Shown one piece after another: positions 28,909-37,490 of a DNA stretch of 64,000 bases. A model generated the notes under the pieces. It ran no database searches and was not told the origin of the DNA. It worked only from the letters and a program-made list of their open reading frames with translations. How positions within the stretch are numbered: the first letter of the stretch is position 1; each line of letters starts with the position of its first letter. A program made the position numbers and the translations under genes. The stretch is from assembly GCA_963676915.2 (NCBI GenBank), contig CAXXVK010000035.1, forward strand, positions 1-64,000, given 5' to 3'. This DNA is from Myxococcota bacterium (GTDB lineage: Bacteria > Myxococcota_A > SURF-8 > G963663525).

Positions 28909-29340
28909 GAATTTTTTTCTTGCACGTTAAAAAACTTCCCAAACTTACCATGAAGCGATGGTGGTGACAAATTCCAAAGAGATTTCCCGTGGATAATTTT
29001 GAGTAAAGAAACCGGAAAACGAACCGATGTACGCAAAATATACAAATTGTTTTCACGGATTTTGTTCACGGTAAAAAGTGTATTGCTCGAAACGAAACAA
29101 TGCGGTATACCTATATTAACATGGGTTTTCAGGCTTTTTCTCGACGGGAATTGCAGGGTTGTGCTACACAGGAGTGACATTTTTCGGCAACTCGCGGACA
29201 GTTATGTGTTCAGATTGTGAACAATTCACTCCTTTATTAAGAACATGTTACGCTAGAAAACCGTCATTTACCGAGTAAAACATAGTATTTAGGACAAGAT
29301 ACGCTTCAGACATAGCAAAGCTATGTATATAACTAGAAAC

Positions 29341-29356
29341 TGGCTTTTATTTTGCA
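29341..29356 (+). promoter_or_regulatory. Sigma54-type (-24/-12) promoter upstream of the pilin gene
   Basis: TGGCTTTTATTTTGCA gives GG-N10-GC, 40 bp before the ATG; pilA genes are classically sigma54/PilR-driven. Confidence 0.65.
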
Positions 29357-29395
29357 TTGATAGAACAAGAAAAGTCACTATTGAGGAAATAACCG

Positions 29396-29794
29396 ATGAA
29401 ACGCGCTTTCACTTTAGTCGAACTGATGGTCACTGTAGCTATTATCGGTGTTTTGGCAGCACTTGCCTTGCCGGCATACGAAACAGCGATGTGGAATTCC
29501 TACGAATCGGAGGCAATCGGTTCGCTGGGCAACATTCGTCAAGCTCAACTGGCCTATAAAACCCACCCCTTTAAAGGGAACAATTCTTTCGCCTCCTCAC
29601 TCATCGCATTGGAATGGGAACTCGATGGAGGGACAATCGTCGGGGAAAACGTTATCGGCAAGGAACCGGCTTCATATGTCTACGAAACGAATTCTGTGTA
29701 CTCCAGAGCCACGACGAACAACGAGAGAGCACGACGCAAATCCATTACCATCTTTAACGAGTCGGGAAAAGTGGTCTACTCTCGGGAGGAATAA
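29396..29794 (+). CDS. Type IV pilin-like protein
   Basis: Prepilin motif 'MKRA|FTLVELMVTVAIIGVLAALALPAY' with Glu5; GAGG RBS. Confidence 0.9.
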   Translation: MKRAFTLVELMVTVAIIGVLAALALPAYETAMWNSYESEAIGSLGNIRQAQLAYKTHPFKGNNSFASSLIALEWELDGGTIVGENVIGKEPASYVYETNSVYSRATTNNERARRKSITIFNESGKVVYSREE

Positions 29795-30037
29795 CCCTCT
29801 TTTTCTGGTGCCGTCACACATCTGATCTTCACTACACATAACCCATCGAAAACGATCAAAACCACAAAACTATCCTTCAACAATACCGCCTTTTCATGAA
29901 AATTTTCGCATTGTGGGACAAAACGTAAAATCCTTTGTTCTTCGCTTTGAAAAAAGCTCTCCAATTCCCGAACGGACATTTAAAAAGTGCGATAACGTAC
30001 CTGCATACTGTGCAACAACCTGAAATAAAAGAAAATT

Positions 30038-30123
30038 TCCCTCTCCTTGGGGAGAGAGCCAGGGTGAGGGGATTCAAAGTTACGTTGGCGTCAAAGCCCC
30101 TCACCCGGTGCCAAAGCACCGGC
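30038..30123. repeat. REP/MITE-like palindromic unit
   Basis: CCCTCTCC-ttg-GGGAGAG followed by GGGTGAGGGG, with the complementary CCCCTCACCC 25 nt later and then a CCGGTGC-caaa-GCACCGG hairpin. Confidence 0.55.
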
Positions 30124-30303
30124 ATCCGTTGGACCTTTTAGGTCCATTGAAGTTCCGCACTAAAATAATTTCCGCCCCCTTTTCCAACTGTAAGGACAAT
30201 ATTCCAATCTCAAAAGCGCGTCGTTTGGCAACCGGAGAGAATTTGTAGTATGATGCCATCGTTTGGCTACGGATTCTCAATTTTGGTATAAAAATACGGA
30301 AAC

Positions 30304-30894
30304 ATGGCGACGTTACGACGATTCTGGACAATCCTCGGTGCTCTGCTGCTTTTGATGACGGCCTGCTCTCCCGATCCGGCAGCGATCGACGTACATCCTC
30401 CGTTCATCAAGTTCAACAACCTCAAACGTTCCGTCACTTTGGATATTTCGGTACAGGACGAAAACGGCCGCACCATGGCTCATATCGATCCTCAATTGAA
30501 ATCGTCCGACCCTTCCGTCGTTCGGATCGAAGGGAAAACGGTCATTCCCGTGGGTTCAGGGGAAGCTGTCGTTACCGCGCAACATGAAAACCTTACCAAC
30601 CAATGCCACATTTTGGTGGAACTTGCCGACAAGCTGCAACCACCCAGCAAACAGATGAAAGTCTCCGTCGGCGATTCTTTCGATATCAAGCCGAAAATTC
30701 TCAATGAAAAAGGAAACGAAATTTCGTACAAACCGATGATTTTTTACAGCATGAATCCCGATCTCGTTTCCATCACGCCTTCCGGCATGGCAACGGCGCT
30801 GTCTCCGGGAAAGACAACCGTTGTTGCGATTTACCTTCAACTCCGTGCCGAAATCGGCGTCGAAATCACTCCCGCCGAACAGAAGCGACGTTGA
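30304..30894 (+). CDS. Lipoprotein with two bacterial Ig-like (Big_2) domains
   Basis: Lipobox MTAC; 'SSDPSVVRI..G.V..VGSGEA' and 'S.NPDLVSI.PSG..TALSPGKT'. Confidence 0.82.
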   Translation: MATLRRFWTILGALLLLMTACSPDPAAIDVHPPFIKFNNLKRSVTLDISVQDENGRTMAHIDPQLKSSDPSVVRIEGKTVIPVGSGEAVVTAQHENLTNQCHILVELADKLQPPSKQMKVSVGDSFDIKPKILNEKGNEISYKPMIFYSMNPDLVSITPSGMATALSPGKTTVVAIYLQLRAEIGVEITPAEQKRR

Positions 30895-30956
30895 CCTTTC
30901 GAAAACGGTACCTACTGGAAAACTCAAGACTTTCGGAACACGTTTGATCGTGTGAA

Positions 30957-31904
30957 TTACCGGAGATTTCCTGCCGCGGTGTTGGATTCGGATTCGGCTA
31001 TAGAGGTTTCGGGAAATGCTCCGTGGTTGTAGAAATGATCGAGCAATCGATCTTTCTCGATGAAGCGGGCCATCAACCAGCGGGTGCGGTCGTCGCTGTC
31101 TTTCGGCAATTCCTCCACGGGAAATCGCTGGACGTGCAGATGTACCTCGTGCACATAGCCTTTGATCCACTGCCACAGGTCTGGCACTCCTTCGTTGTAG
31201 GCAATCGTCACGTCGTATACGGCATCCAAATGGGTGCTCAGAGCGTCGAGAGTGGCGACAAAACCCTTGGTACGAGGAATCAGAACATGGGATGGTTCTT
31301 TCATCCCTTGCGAACGAGCGTACTCCTGGCTTTTTTGAAGTTTTTCCGGGGTCTGGCGAGTGCCTTCGGAAAAGTTGATGATCCATACCGGCACTTGAAA
31401 TTTCAATATTTTCGCAAACATTCGGCTGATATAGTCCCGATCCTCCGTCCAATTGCGTTTGATGAACAGGCAATCGAGAAACAACATACCCCAGCCTACT
31501 CCCGGAAAATATTTGATAATATCTTTGACGAACCATTTCAGATTGCCCAGACTTTCCTTCGTTTTGGCAAAATCCAGCAGGACGGGAATGTCGGCGAAGG
31601 TCTGATGGTTGGACACGAGCATGATGTTTTCGCGTTTCGGTACGTCGTCGCCCGAAACAACCACTTTGGTTCCGTGCATGGCTTGGACCCACCAGACTGT
31701 CCACCCCCACCAGGTACCCGCACACCAGCGGTTGATGGCTCGAAAGGCTTTTTGTGAAAACGGCCTCACCACCATGCTGGACATCTGGATACCGTTGAAA
31801 ACGAGAATCGCCGCAAATAGAAACACCGTCGCCACGCTGCCTTTCATCCAGCTAAGTCGTCTGAATTTCTCGGAAGAAGGTTCTTTCAGAGAAGCAAGAG
31901 GCAT
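30957..31904 (-). CDS. Lysophospholipid acyltransferase (AGPAT3-5/LCLAT1/YihG-like)
   Basis: 'NHQTFAD' (HX4D), 'FIKRNWTEDR', 'FSEGTR', 'LIPRTKGF', 'VYDVTIAY'. Confidence 0.9.
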   Translation of the reverse strand: MPLASLKEPSSEKFRRLSWMKGSVATVFLFAAILVFNGIQMSSMVVRPFSQKAFRAINRWCAGTWWGWTVWWVQAMHGTKVVVSGDDVPKRENIMLVSNHQTFADIPVLLDFAKTKESLGNLKWFVKDIIKYFPGVGWGMLFLDCLFIKRNWTEDRDYISRMFAKILKFQVPVWIINFSEGTRQTPEKLQKSQEYARSQGMKEPSHVLIPRTKGFVATLDALSTHLDAVYDVTIAYNEGVPDLWQWIKGYVHEVHLHVQRFPVEELPKDSDDRTRWLMARFIEKDRLLDHFYNHGAFPETSIAESESNTAAGNLR

Positions 31905-32408
31905 GGCGAGTCCTTTCTTCACAAAAAACGCAACGTTTCCAACCCAAACGGTTTTTTTCGCAGTTTTCTACACACCTTCAAAGAGTGGCTTTTGTTTTCG
32001 TTTGCTTTCGGCGTCGTTCGTCTCACGGTGGGCAATCCATGAACCCATCGTGTAACAATACGTATTACCATGTATCGCACAATCCACCAAATCACTGTAA
32101 AACTTCCGTAAAAACAAGATCTTAAAGCAAATAGTATGATTTGATCCCACGGATTGAAGTCCCGATTCTCGGCGTGGTTAGTGCAAATCTCCCAACTGGT
32201 TCCATAAGTCATGTGAACGGAACTCTAGGGGAAACAAAACAACCAACCATATCAAACGTCTCCAACCCACCGTAGCAATGGTGTGTAAGCCCATTGAAAA
32301 ATAACTTTAATACAAGATATTTAGTGGACGAAACGATTCCAATTGTGTTATATTTGGCCATTATCGGCAACGCGCTCGTGCGGGCGGTCGTGACGGAGGT
32401 CTTCGATC

Positions 32409-33182
32409 ATGTATATGTATGTGGCAGGATTGTGCTTGTTTGCGTTTGGAATGGCAACTCTGGCCATGGTTTCCAAAAAAATGAAGCCGACCCTTCAGCC
32501 GGTGGGAGAGTACGACTCGAACCCCGAGACCATACAGAACCGCAGGATACAGCTTGTCGCCAAGCACCTGAAATCCTTGGATTATCAAATGATCCAGACC
32601 GAAGATCCCTCGAAAAGCGTCATGACACGCAAAGCTTTCGAACATCTGGAAAAGCATTTTCGCCGAGCCAAGGAATACGATATTGCGCTTGTCTCGTACC
32701 AGGATGCCCTGTATATCCTCAAAGACCTGCGAGAACGAAAAATCGCCGACGATTCGGACATCGAGCATTTCGTCCGCAACAAGAGCGAATACCTGGGCGA
32801 AGCGATCGAACGTCAACTTAACGACTTGCGCCAGACGCCCCCGATCGAACGAAGCCGTTCGGCGTTTTCCAGTGAAACCGCCTACTTGATGAGCAACGCG
32901 CTGGAATACCTCATGCAGTGCGAATGCGAGTCCGGCCGCTGCCGCGAAAAACTGAAACGGCTTTGGCCCGAAGTCAAAGGTCTGGCCAGTTCGACGAAGT
33001 TCAATTTCCGCCTTGCGCAGGCCATTGAGACGGATCTCCGCCAGGAAAAGGAAACACATCTGTCCTATCACTCGCTGCTGTGCCAGTTAACGCAGGAAAA
33101 AGAACTGGATGTAGCGCTGCTCGTGGAGCAAACGTTGAAAAAGCGCCTTCACGAACTGACCGACGAAGACGACATCTGCTGA
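32409..33182 (+). CDS. Hypothetical protein with N-terminal membrane anchor and helical body
   Basis: 257-aa ORF with GGAGG RBS and hydrophobic N-terminus; no family recognised. Confidence 0.7.
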   Translation: MYMYVAGLCLFAFGMATLAMVSKKMKPTLQPVGEYDSNPETIQNRRIQLVAKHLKSLDYQMIQTEDPSKSVMTRKAFEHLEKHFRRAKEYDIALVSYQDALYILKDLRERKIADDSDIEHFVRNKSEYLGEAIERQLNDLRQTPPIERSRSAFSSETAYLMSNALEYLMQCECESGRCREKLKRLWPEVKGLASSTKFNFRLAQAIETDLRQEKETHLSYHSLLCQLTQEKELDVALLVEQTLKKRLHELTDEDDIC

Positions 33183-33347
33183 AAAACATATCTGCCGATC
33201 CATAGCAACATCCTTTTCTGTTGATTCAGGACAGGAATCATGAACCTGTGATTTCCCGCATCAAACGGCGGATTTACGCCTCAATGTTTCCACTTTTTCC
33301 CTCCTGTTCATCAAAACTTGCACCGTAAAGCGAAACATCCTACGGTA

Positions 33348-33487
33348 AACGGGACTGTGGTGTGGATCTTGCGTCTTTCTTCCGATGAGGGGATCATCCC
33401 CTTGGATTCTTCGAAGACGACCTTAGTTTATAACGGTTGCAAGCCGATGAACGGCGGCTATCGACCCCTTGCAGAATCGTTCCCGTT
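33348..33487 (+). ncRNA. Candidate structured RNA or leader, family unassigned
   Basis: Follows TTGCAC-N17-TACGGT. Nested complementarity: AACGGGA/TCCCGTT, CTTGC/GCAAG, CGTCTT/AAGACG, AGGGGAT/ATCCCCT. Confidence 0.4.
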
Positions 33488-33505
33488 CGGAAATGACCTG
33501 ATGTC

Positions 33506-34084
33506 ATGCTGGTGCCTTTCGAATTGTCCATCATCGCCAATCGTCACGGACGTCTGACGCCCTCACTCGCTTTGGGATGGAAAATCGGCCATTACCTGCG
33601 GGAATATTTCAACGGCCTGGATCAAGTTCGTCTGGCCGTTTCCCGAGATGACGACTCCCACGCCGCCTTGCAGCACATGCGTACCGAAAGCCGTTTCCCA
33701 CTCGATCTGATACCGGCGAATCGGGAAAATCCCTGGGACGTGCTGGCCTTTCATCCTGCCACGGGAACGGTACTCGAAATCACGTTCATCGTTCCTGAGG
33801 ACGACGTTCAGCCCTCGGACCCAAAAGCATCTTACGATACGTTGGCTTTAGCCATGTTTAAACGAACGCTGGATCAGTTCGTGGCCAGCCTGATTTCCAC
33901 CCCGCTCGATCATTACTGCAATATTATCGAAACCCGCGTTTCGCGCAGTCGTGCCGGGAAAGGCACCGTTTCCTGTCGACGTTGCGGACAAACCATTGAT
34001 AAAGACGACATCTGGCACATCAACGGGCTACCCTGCTGCCAGGAATGTTCCGGGTTACCCGATTCCTGGGCCGGGATGAACTGA
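33506..34084 (+). CDS. Degenerate FmdE-like protein with C-terminal C4 zinc finger
   Basis: 'HGRLTPSLALGWKIG' aligns with the FmdE 'HGHxCPG.A.G' motif; C-terminal CRRCG...CCQEC. Confidence 0.6.
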   Translation: MLVPFELSIIANRHGRLTPSLALGWKIGHYLREYFNGLDQVRLAVSRDDDSHAALQHMRTESRFPLDLIPANRENPWDVLAFHPATGTVLEITFIVPEDDVQPSDPKASYDTLALAMFKRTLDQFVASLISTPLDHYCNIIETRVSRSRAGKGTVSCRRCGQTIDKDDIWHINGLPCCQECSGLPDSWAGMN

Positions 34085-34366
34085 TTTCGAACTTCCTGCA
34101 TTTTGACGCACTGCAAAAAAACTGTTTTCTCCCCTGGACGACGTTCGCACGATGCTGTACAGTAATGAAGTATGGCGAATGGATTTCGTACCGTAACGTG
34201 TCGAAATCCAAGTATTCCATGTGAATTATCCACGGGGGGCGTGACCGACGGTGGCAAAGACACCGTGACGGTGCCGTGTTTTTTGCGATCTTGCGGTTGA
34301 AGGACCGAAAGAATCGTTGCGGTATTGTTTTTTTCGCGGTCATGAACTCTCGAAGGGAGACCTATC

Positions 34367-35689
34367 ATGCTACGAGACGAGATCCTCAAAAGTCTGAAAA
34401 AAGAGAACGTTCGGTACCTGCGCCTGTGGTTCACCGACATCATGGGGACGAACAAAAACGTGGAAGTTCCCGCCTCCCAATTTGAAAAAGCCCTGGATGG
34501 CCAGATCATGTTCGACGGCAGTTCCATCGAGGGCTTCAGTCGGATCGAAGAATCGGACATGCTGCTCGTCCCCGACTACGACACCTTCGTGGTGTTTCCG
34601 TTCGAGGAGGATTTCGGCAAGACAGCGCGGGTGATCTGCGACGTGAAAAACCCCGATGGCGGGGATTTCGCCGGATGTCCACGAACGATATTGAAGAAAC
34701 AGTGCGAACGAGCCGCCAAAGACGGATACACGATGATGGCCGGGCCGGAAGCCGAGTTTTTCCTGTTCGAAAAGAATTCCGGACAGATTTCGCTGACGTC
34801 CACTCACGACTCGGGCGGCTACTTCGACCTGACGCCCATCGACAAAGGCGAAATCGCCCGTCGCGCCATGGTAGAGGTGCTGGAAAACATCGGCTTCCAG
34901 GTCGAGGCGGCTCACCACGAAGTGGCACCGGGTCAACACGAAATCGACTTCAAATATGCCGATGCCCTGAAAACTGCCGACAACATTGCAACGTTCCGTT
35001 TCGTCGTGCGCAAAGTCGCACTCGATTTCAACCTGCACGCCACGTTCATGCCCAAACCGATTTTCGGAATCAACGGTTCGGGAATGCACATGAACCAGTC
35101 TCTGTTCAAAGGCAAGAAAAACGCCTTTTACGATGAGAATGCCAAGTGGCAACTGAGCCGCGAAGCATTGAACTACATTGCGGGATTGATCGAGCATATT
35201 CAAGGATTTACGGCAATTACCAACCCGTTGATCAACTCCTACAAACGCCTTGTACCGGGTTATGAAGCGCCGACGCACATCGCCTGGTCCGAGCGCAATC
35301 GGTCGCCTCTGATTCGCGTGCCCGCTCGTCGTGGAAATTCCACCCGTGCCGAGCTTCGTTCGCCCGATCCGTCAGCCAATCCCTACCTCAGCCTGTCGGT
35401 GATGCTCGCCAGCGGCCTCGAAGGCATCGCAAAGGATCTGACGCCACCGGAGCCGATTTCGGAGAATATCTACCACATGAGTCGCGGCGAGCGCGAGGAG
35501 CGAGGAATTCTCTCTTTGCCGGGCGATATGTTGGGAGCCATCGAAATGATGGAGAAAGACGCGTTCATCGGCGAAGTATTGGGACCGCACATCACCCGCC
35601 AGTTCTTGAAAGCCAAACGGGCCGAGTGGAAAAAGTATATCGCCAACGTTCACCAGTGGGAAATCGATCACTACCTGAAAACCTACTGA
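34367..35689 (+). CDS. glnA: Glutamine synthetase type I (GSI-alpha length)
   Basis: 'FDGSSIEGF', 'GPEAEFFLF', 'HHEVAPGQHEI', 'ATFMPKP', 'NGSGMH', 'NSYKRLVPGYEAP', 'ELRSPDP'. Confidence 0.97.
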   Translation: MLRDEILKSLKKENVRYLRLWFTDIMGTNKNVEVPASQFEKALDGQIMFDGSSIEGFSRIEESDMLLVPDYDTFVVFPFEEDFGKTARVICDVKNPDGGDFAGCPRTILKKQCERAAKDGYTMMAGPEAEFFLFEKNSGQISLTSTHDSGGYFDLTPIDKGEIARRAMVEVLENIGFQVEAAHHEVAPGQHEIDFKYADALKTADNIATFRFVVRKVALDFNLHATFMPKPIFGINGSGMHMNQSLFKGKKNAFYDENAKWQLSREALNYIAGLIEHIQGFTAITNPLINSYKRLVPGYEAPTHIAWSERNRSPLIRVPARRGNSTRAELRSPDPSANPYLSLSVMLASGLEGIAKDLTPPEPISENIYHMSRGEREERGILSLPGDMLGAIEMMEKDAFIGEVLGPHITRQFLKAKRAEWKKYIANVHQWEIDHYLKTY

Positions 35690-35701
35690 TTTCTATACCT
35701 T

Positions 35702-35922
35702 ACCACTGCGGAGAATTCGCCTAGCCCGCATTATTCATGAGGATCGTTGCGAGACGCCGAAAACCGAAGATATTTCACGAAGTTGGAGCGATTTTTTAAC
35801 GGAAGCATACTTGGCAGTATGTTGAGTATAAAAATTCGGGAAACGAGTGAAAGATCAAGAGTTTTCAAGTCGTAGTAGATTCTTCATGAATTATGCGGGC
35901 TTGCCAGAACTCCGCAGTAGGT
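35702..35922. repeat. ~220-bp imperfect palindromic element (MITE-like)
   Basis: ~45-bp terminal inverted arms (ACTGCGGAG..AGCCCGCATTATTCATGA / TCATGAATTATGCGGGCT..CTCCGCAGT), with internal pairing up to a central GCATACT-tggc-AGTATGT. Confidence 0.75.
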
Positions 35923-35944
35923 CGGGTAAATTCTTTGCCCGACA
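35917..35944 (+). repeat. GTAG-type REP-like hairpin, copy 1
   Basis: GTAGGTCGGGTAAATTCTTTGCCCGACA, near-identical to 44686-44713. Confidence 0.65.
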
Positions 35945-35951
35945 TTCGTAG

Positions 35952-36812
35952 TTATCGGTTGCGTTTGCGGGGGGATTGTGCTTCTTGCATCCAGTCGATC
36001 TGTTTCGGTGCTTCCGAAAGCGGCTCGTTGTCTCCATCAACGGCAAACAAGGGCATCGGACCCCGTGGTGGTGCGCAGTGGATACGGCACTCCAAACCGG
36101 AACTTTCGATGGTCCGGGTCATGGTTTCGAGCGCAAGATCCGGGTGGTTGTTTTCTTTGGATAAATGCCCCAGAATCAGTTGTCGCAAGTGGCTTCCAGC
36201 TTTGTCGGCAACAAGCTTCGAAGCTACCGCATTGCTTAGATGCCCTTTGTTCGAGGCAATGCGACGCTTCAGAAAATAGGGATACGGCCCTGTTTGCAGC
36301 ATTCCGGCATCGTGGTTCGATTCGAGGAGTAACACCTCCGAAGTCGCTACGGCTTTTTTCACGTCGGCCGTCGGTTTTCCCGTATCCGTTACAACGGAAA
36401 TCATCCGATTTCCCCGACGAAAACGGTAGCCGCACGGCTCTGCGCCATCGTGCGAGGTTTTTAAACTGTCGATCTCGGTTCCTTCGAAAACGAAGCTTTC
36501 ACCAGCCTGAAAGGTCCGCAGGTTTTCGGGGCGTTCTTCGGTAAAAACAGCTTGGGCGGTTCCTTCGGTCATGTACAGCAACGGCTTGAAATGTTTGCAG
36601 AAAACCGCCAGTCCTCGAATATGGTCGCTGTGCTCGTGAGTAATGAGAATCGCGCCGATTCGCTCGGGTGACACCGCTGCATCGGCAAGTAGCAATTTCG
36701 TCTGCTTGCAATTCAAGCCGATATCCACCAGCGCATAGCTTCCCTCCAGATGCACCAGGGTTTCGTTCCCGGAACTACCTGAAGCCAGCGGTTGCAAGCC
36801 GAAACGGTTCAT
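35952..36812 (-). CDS. MBL-fold metallo-hydrolase, YycJ/WalJ-like
   Basis: 'LASGSSGN', 'THEHSDHIRG', 'TDTG', 'ESNHD..ML..GPYP..LK.RI....GHLSN', 'HLSKENN'. Confidence 0.9.
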   Translation of the reverse strand: MNRFGLQPLASGSSGNETLVHLEGSYALVDIGLNCKQTKLLLADAAVSPERIGAILITHEHSDHIRGLAVFCKHFKPLLYMTEGTAQAVFTEERPENLRTFQAGESFVFEGTEIDSLKTSHDGAEPCGYRFRRGNRMISVVTDTGKPTADVKKAVATSEVLLLESNHDAGMLQTGPYPYFLKRRIASNKGHLSNAVASKLVADKAGSHLRQLILGHLSKENNHPDLALETMTRTIESSGLECRIHCAPPRGPMPLFAVDGDNEPLSEAPKQIDWMQEAQSPRKRNR

Positions 36813-36856
36813 GATCGGACGTTTCCTGGATGGTGCTTTTTCAGTAGAAATATCAA

Positions 36857-37435
36857 CTATCTAGGTTCTTCCAGCAAGGAATGCAGTTGATTTTGATCGT
36901 CGGCGGTCGTTTGTCCCAAAGCAAGAAAATGTCGATGGTATTCGCCTTCTACCCGGACTAGCTCTTCGTAAATTTTCGCCAGCCGCTTTTCGTGCTCGTT
37001 GGCGTCGGCAAGATTTCGGGTGAAAGAGTACGACTGGCCGAAGGTCTGCAGGTCAGCGGTCCATTCTTCGTGCCATTCATTCCACAAATGCAGCGCCGTT
37101 TCGGGGTTGCGGCTCATACGGCGAAAGGTTCGCTTGGTCTGGGCGTGCAAATCGCGATAAAAATAGTTCAGTGACCGGCGGGCAGTCATGGCGTGACTTC
37201 CGTCAAGGATACGACTTTCCTGATCGGTGTCGGGAAGACGCTCCAGACGAGTATAACTGTGGTATTGGGAAAGGCCGACGCTGATACCGACCCCGAGAAT
37301 CAACCAAGCCGTCAACAGAGACAGGAAAACCACCCAAACAATTTTGGAAATGAAGATCACTCTCTCACGTCGTGTGGGGGTTTTAACCGCGATCTCCGCC
37401 ACGAATTCTCCTGGGTTGTCCGGCGGATGATCCAC
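36857..37435 (-). CDS. Hypothetical membrane-anchored protein
   Basis: 192-aa ORF with one TM helix, co-directional with its neighbours. Confidence 0.65.
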   Translation of the reverse strand: MDHPPDNPGEFVAEIAVKTPTRRERVIFISKIVWVVFLSLLTAWLILGVGISVGLSQYHSYTRLERLPDTDQESRILDGSHAMTARRSLNYFYRDLHAQTKRTFRRMSRNPETALHLWNEWHEEWTADLQTFGQSYSFTRNLADANEHEKRLAKIYEELVRVEGEYHRHFLALGQTTADDQNQLHSLLEEPR

Positions 37436-37490
37436 GAAAGCAAGTCCACCGGAGAATGCTATTCAGCACCCCCAGTGGGGGTGCGTATCA

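Noticed and set aside
33348-33487. Definite 6S RNA call
   Set aside because: Only a loose resemblance and shorter than typical 6S RNA; kept as an unassigned candidate.
34248-34284. c-di-GMP-I or glnA (glutamine) riboswitch
   Set aside because: GGCAAA is present but the downstream GACGCAAAGC and P2 elements are missing; no clear match to the glutamine aptamer.
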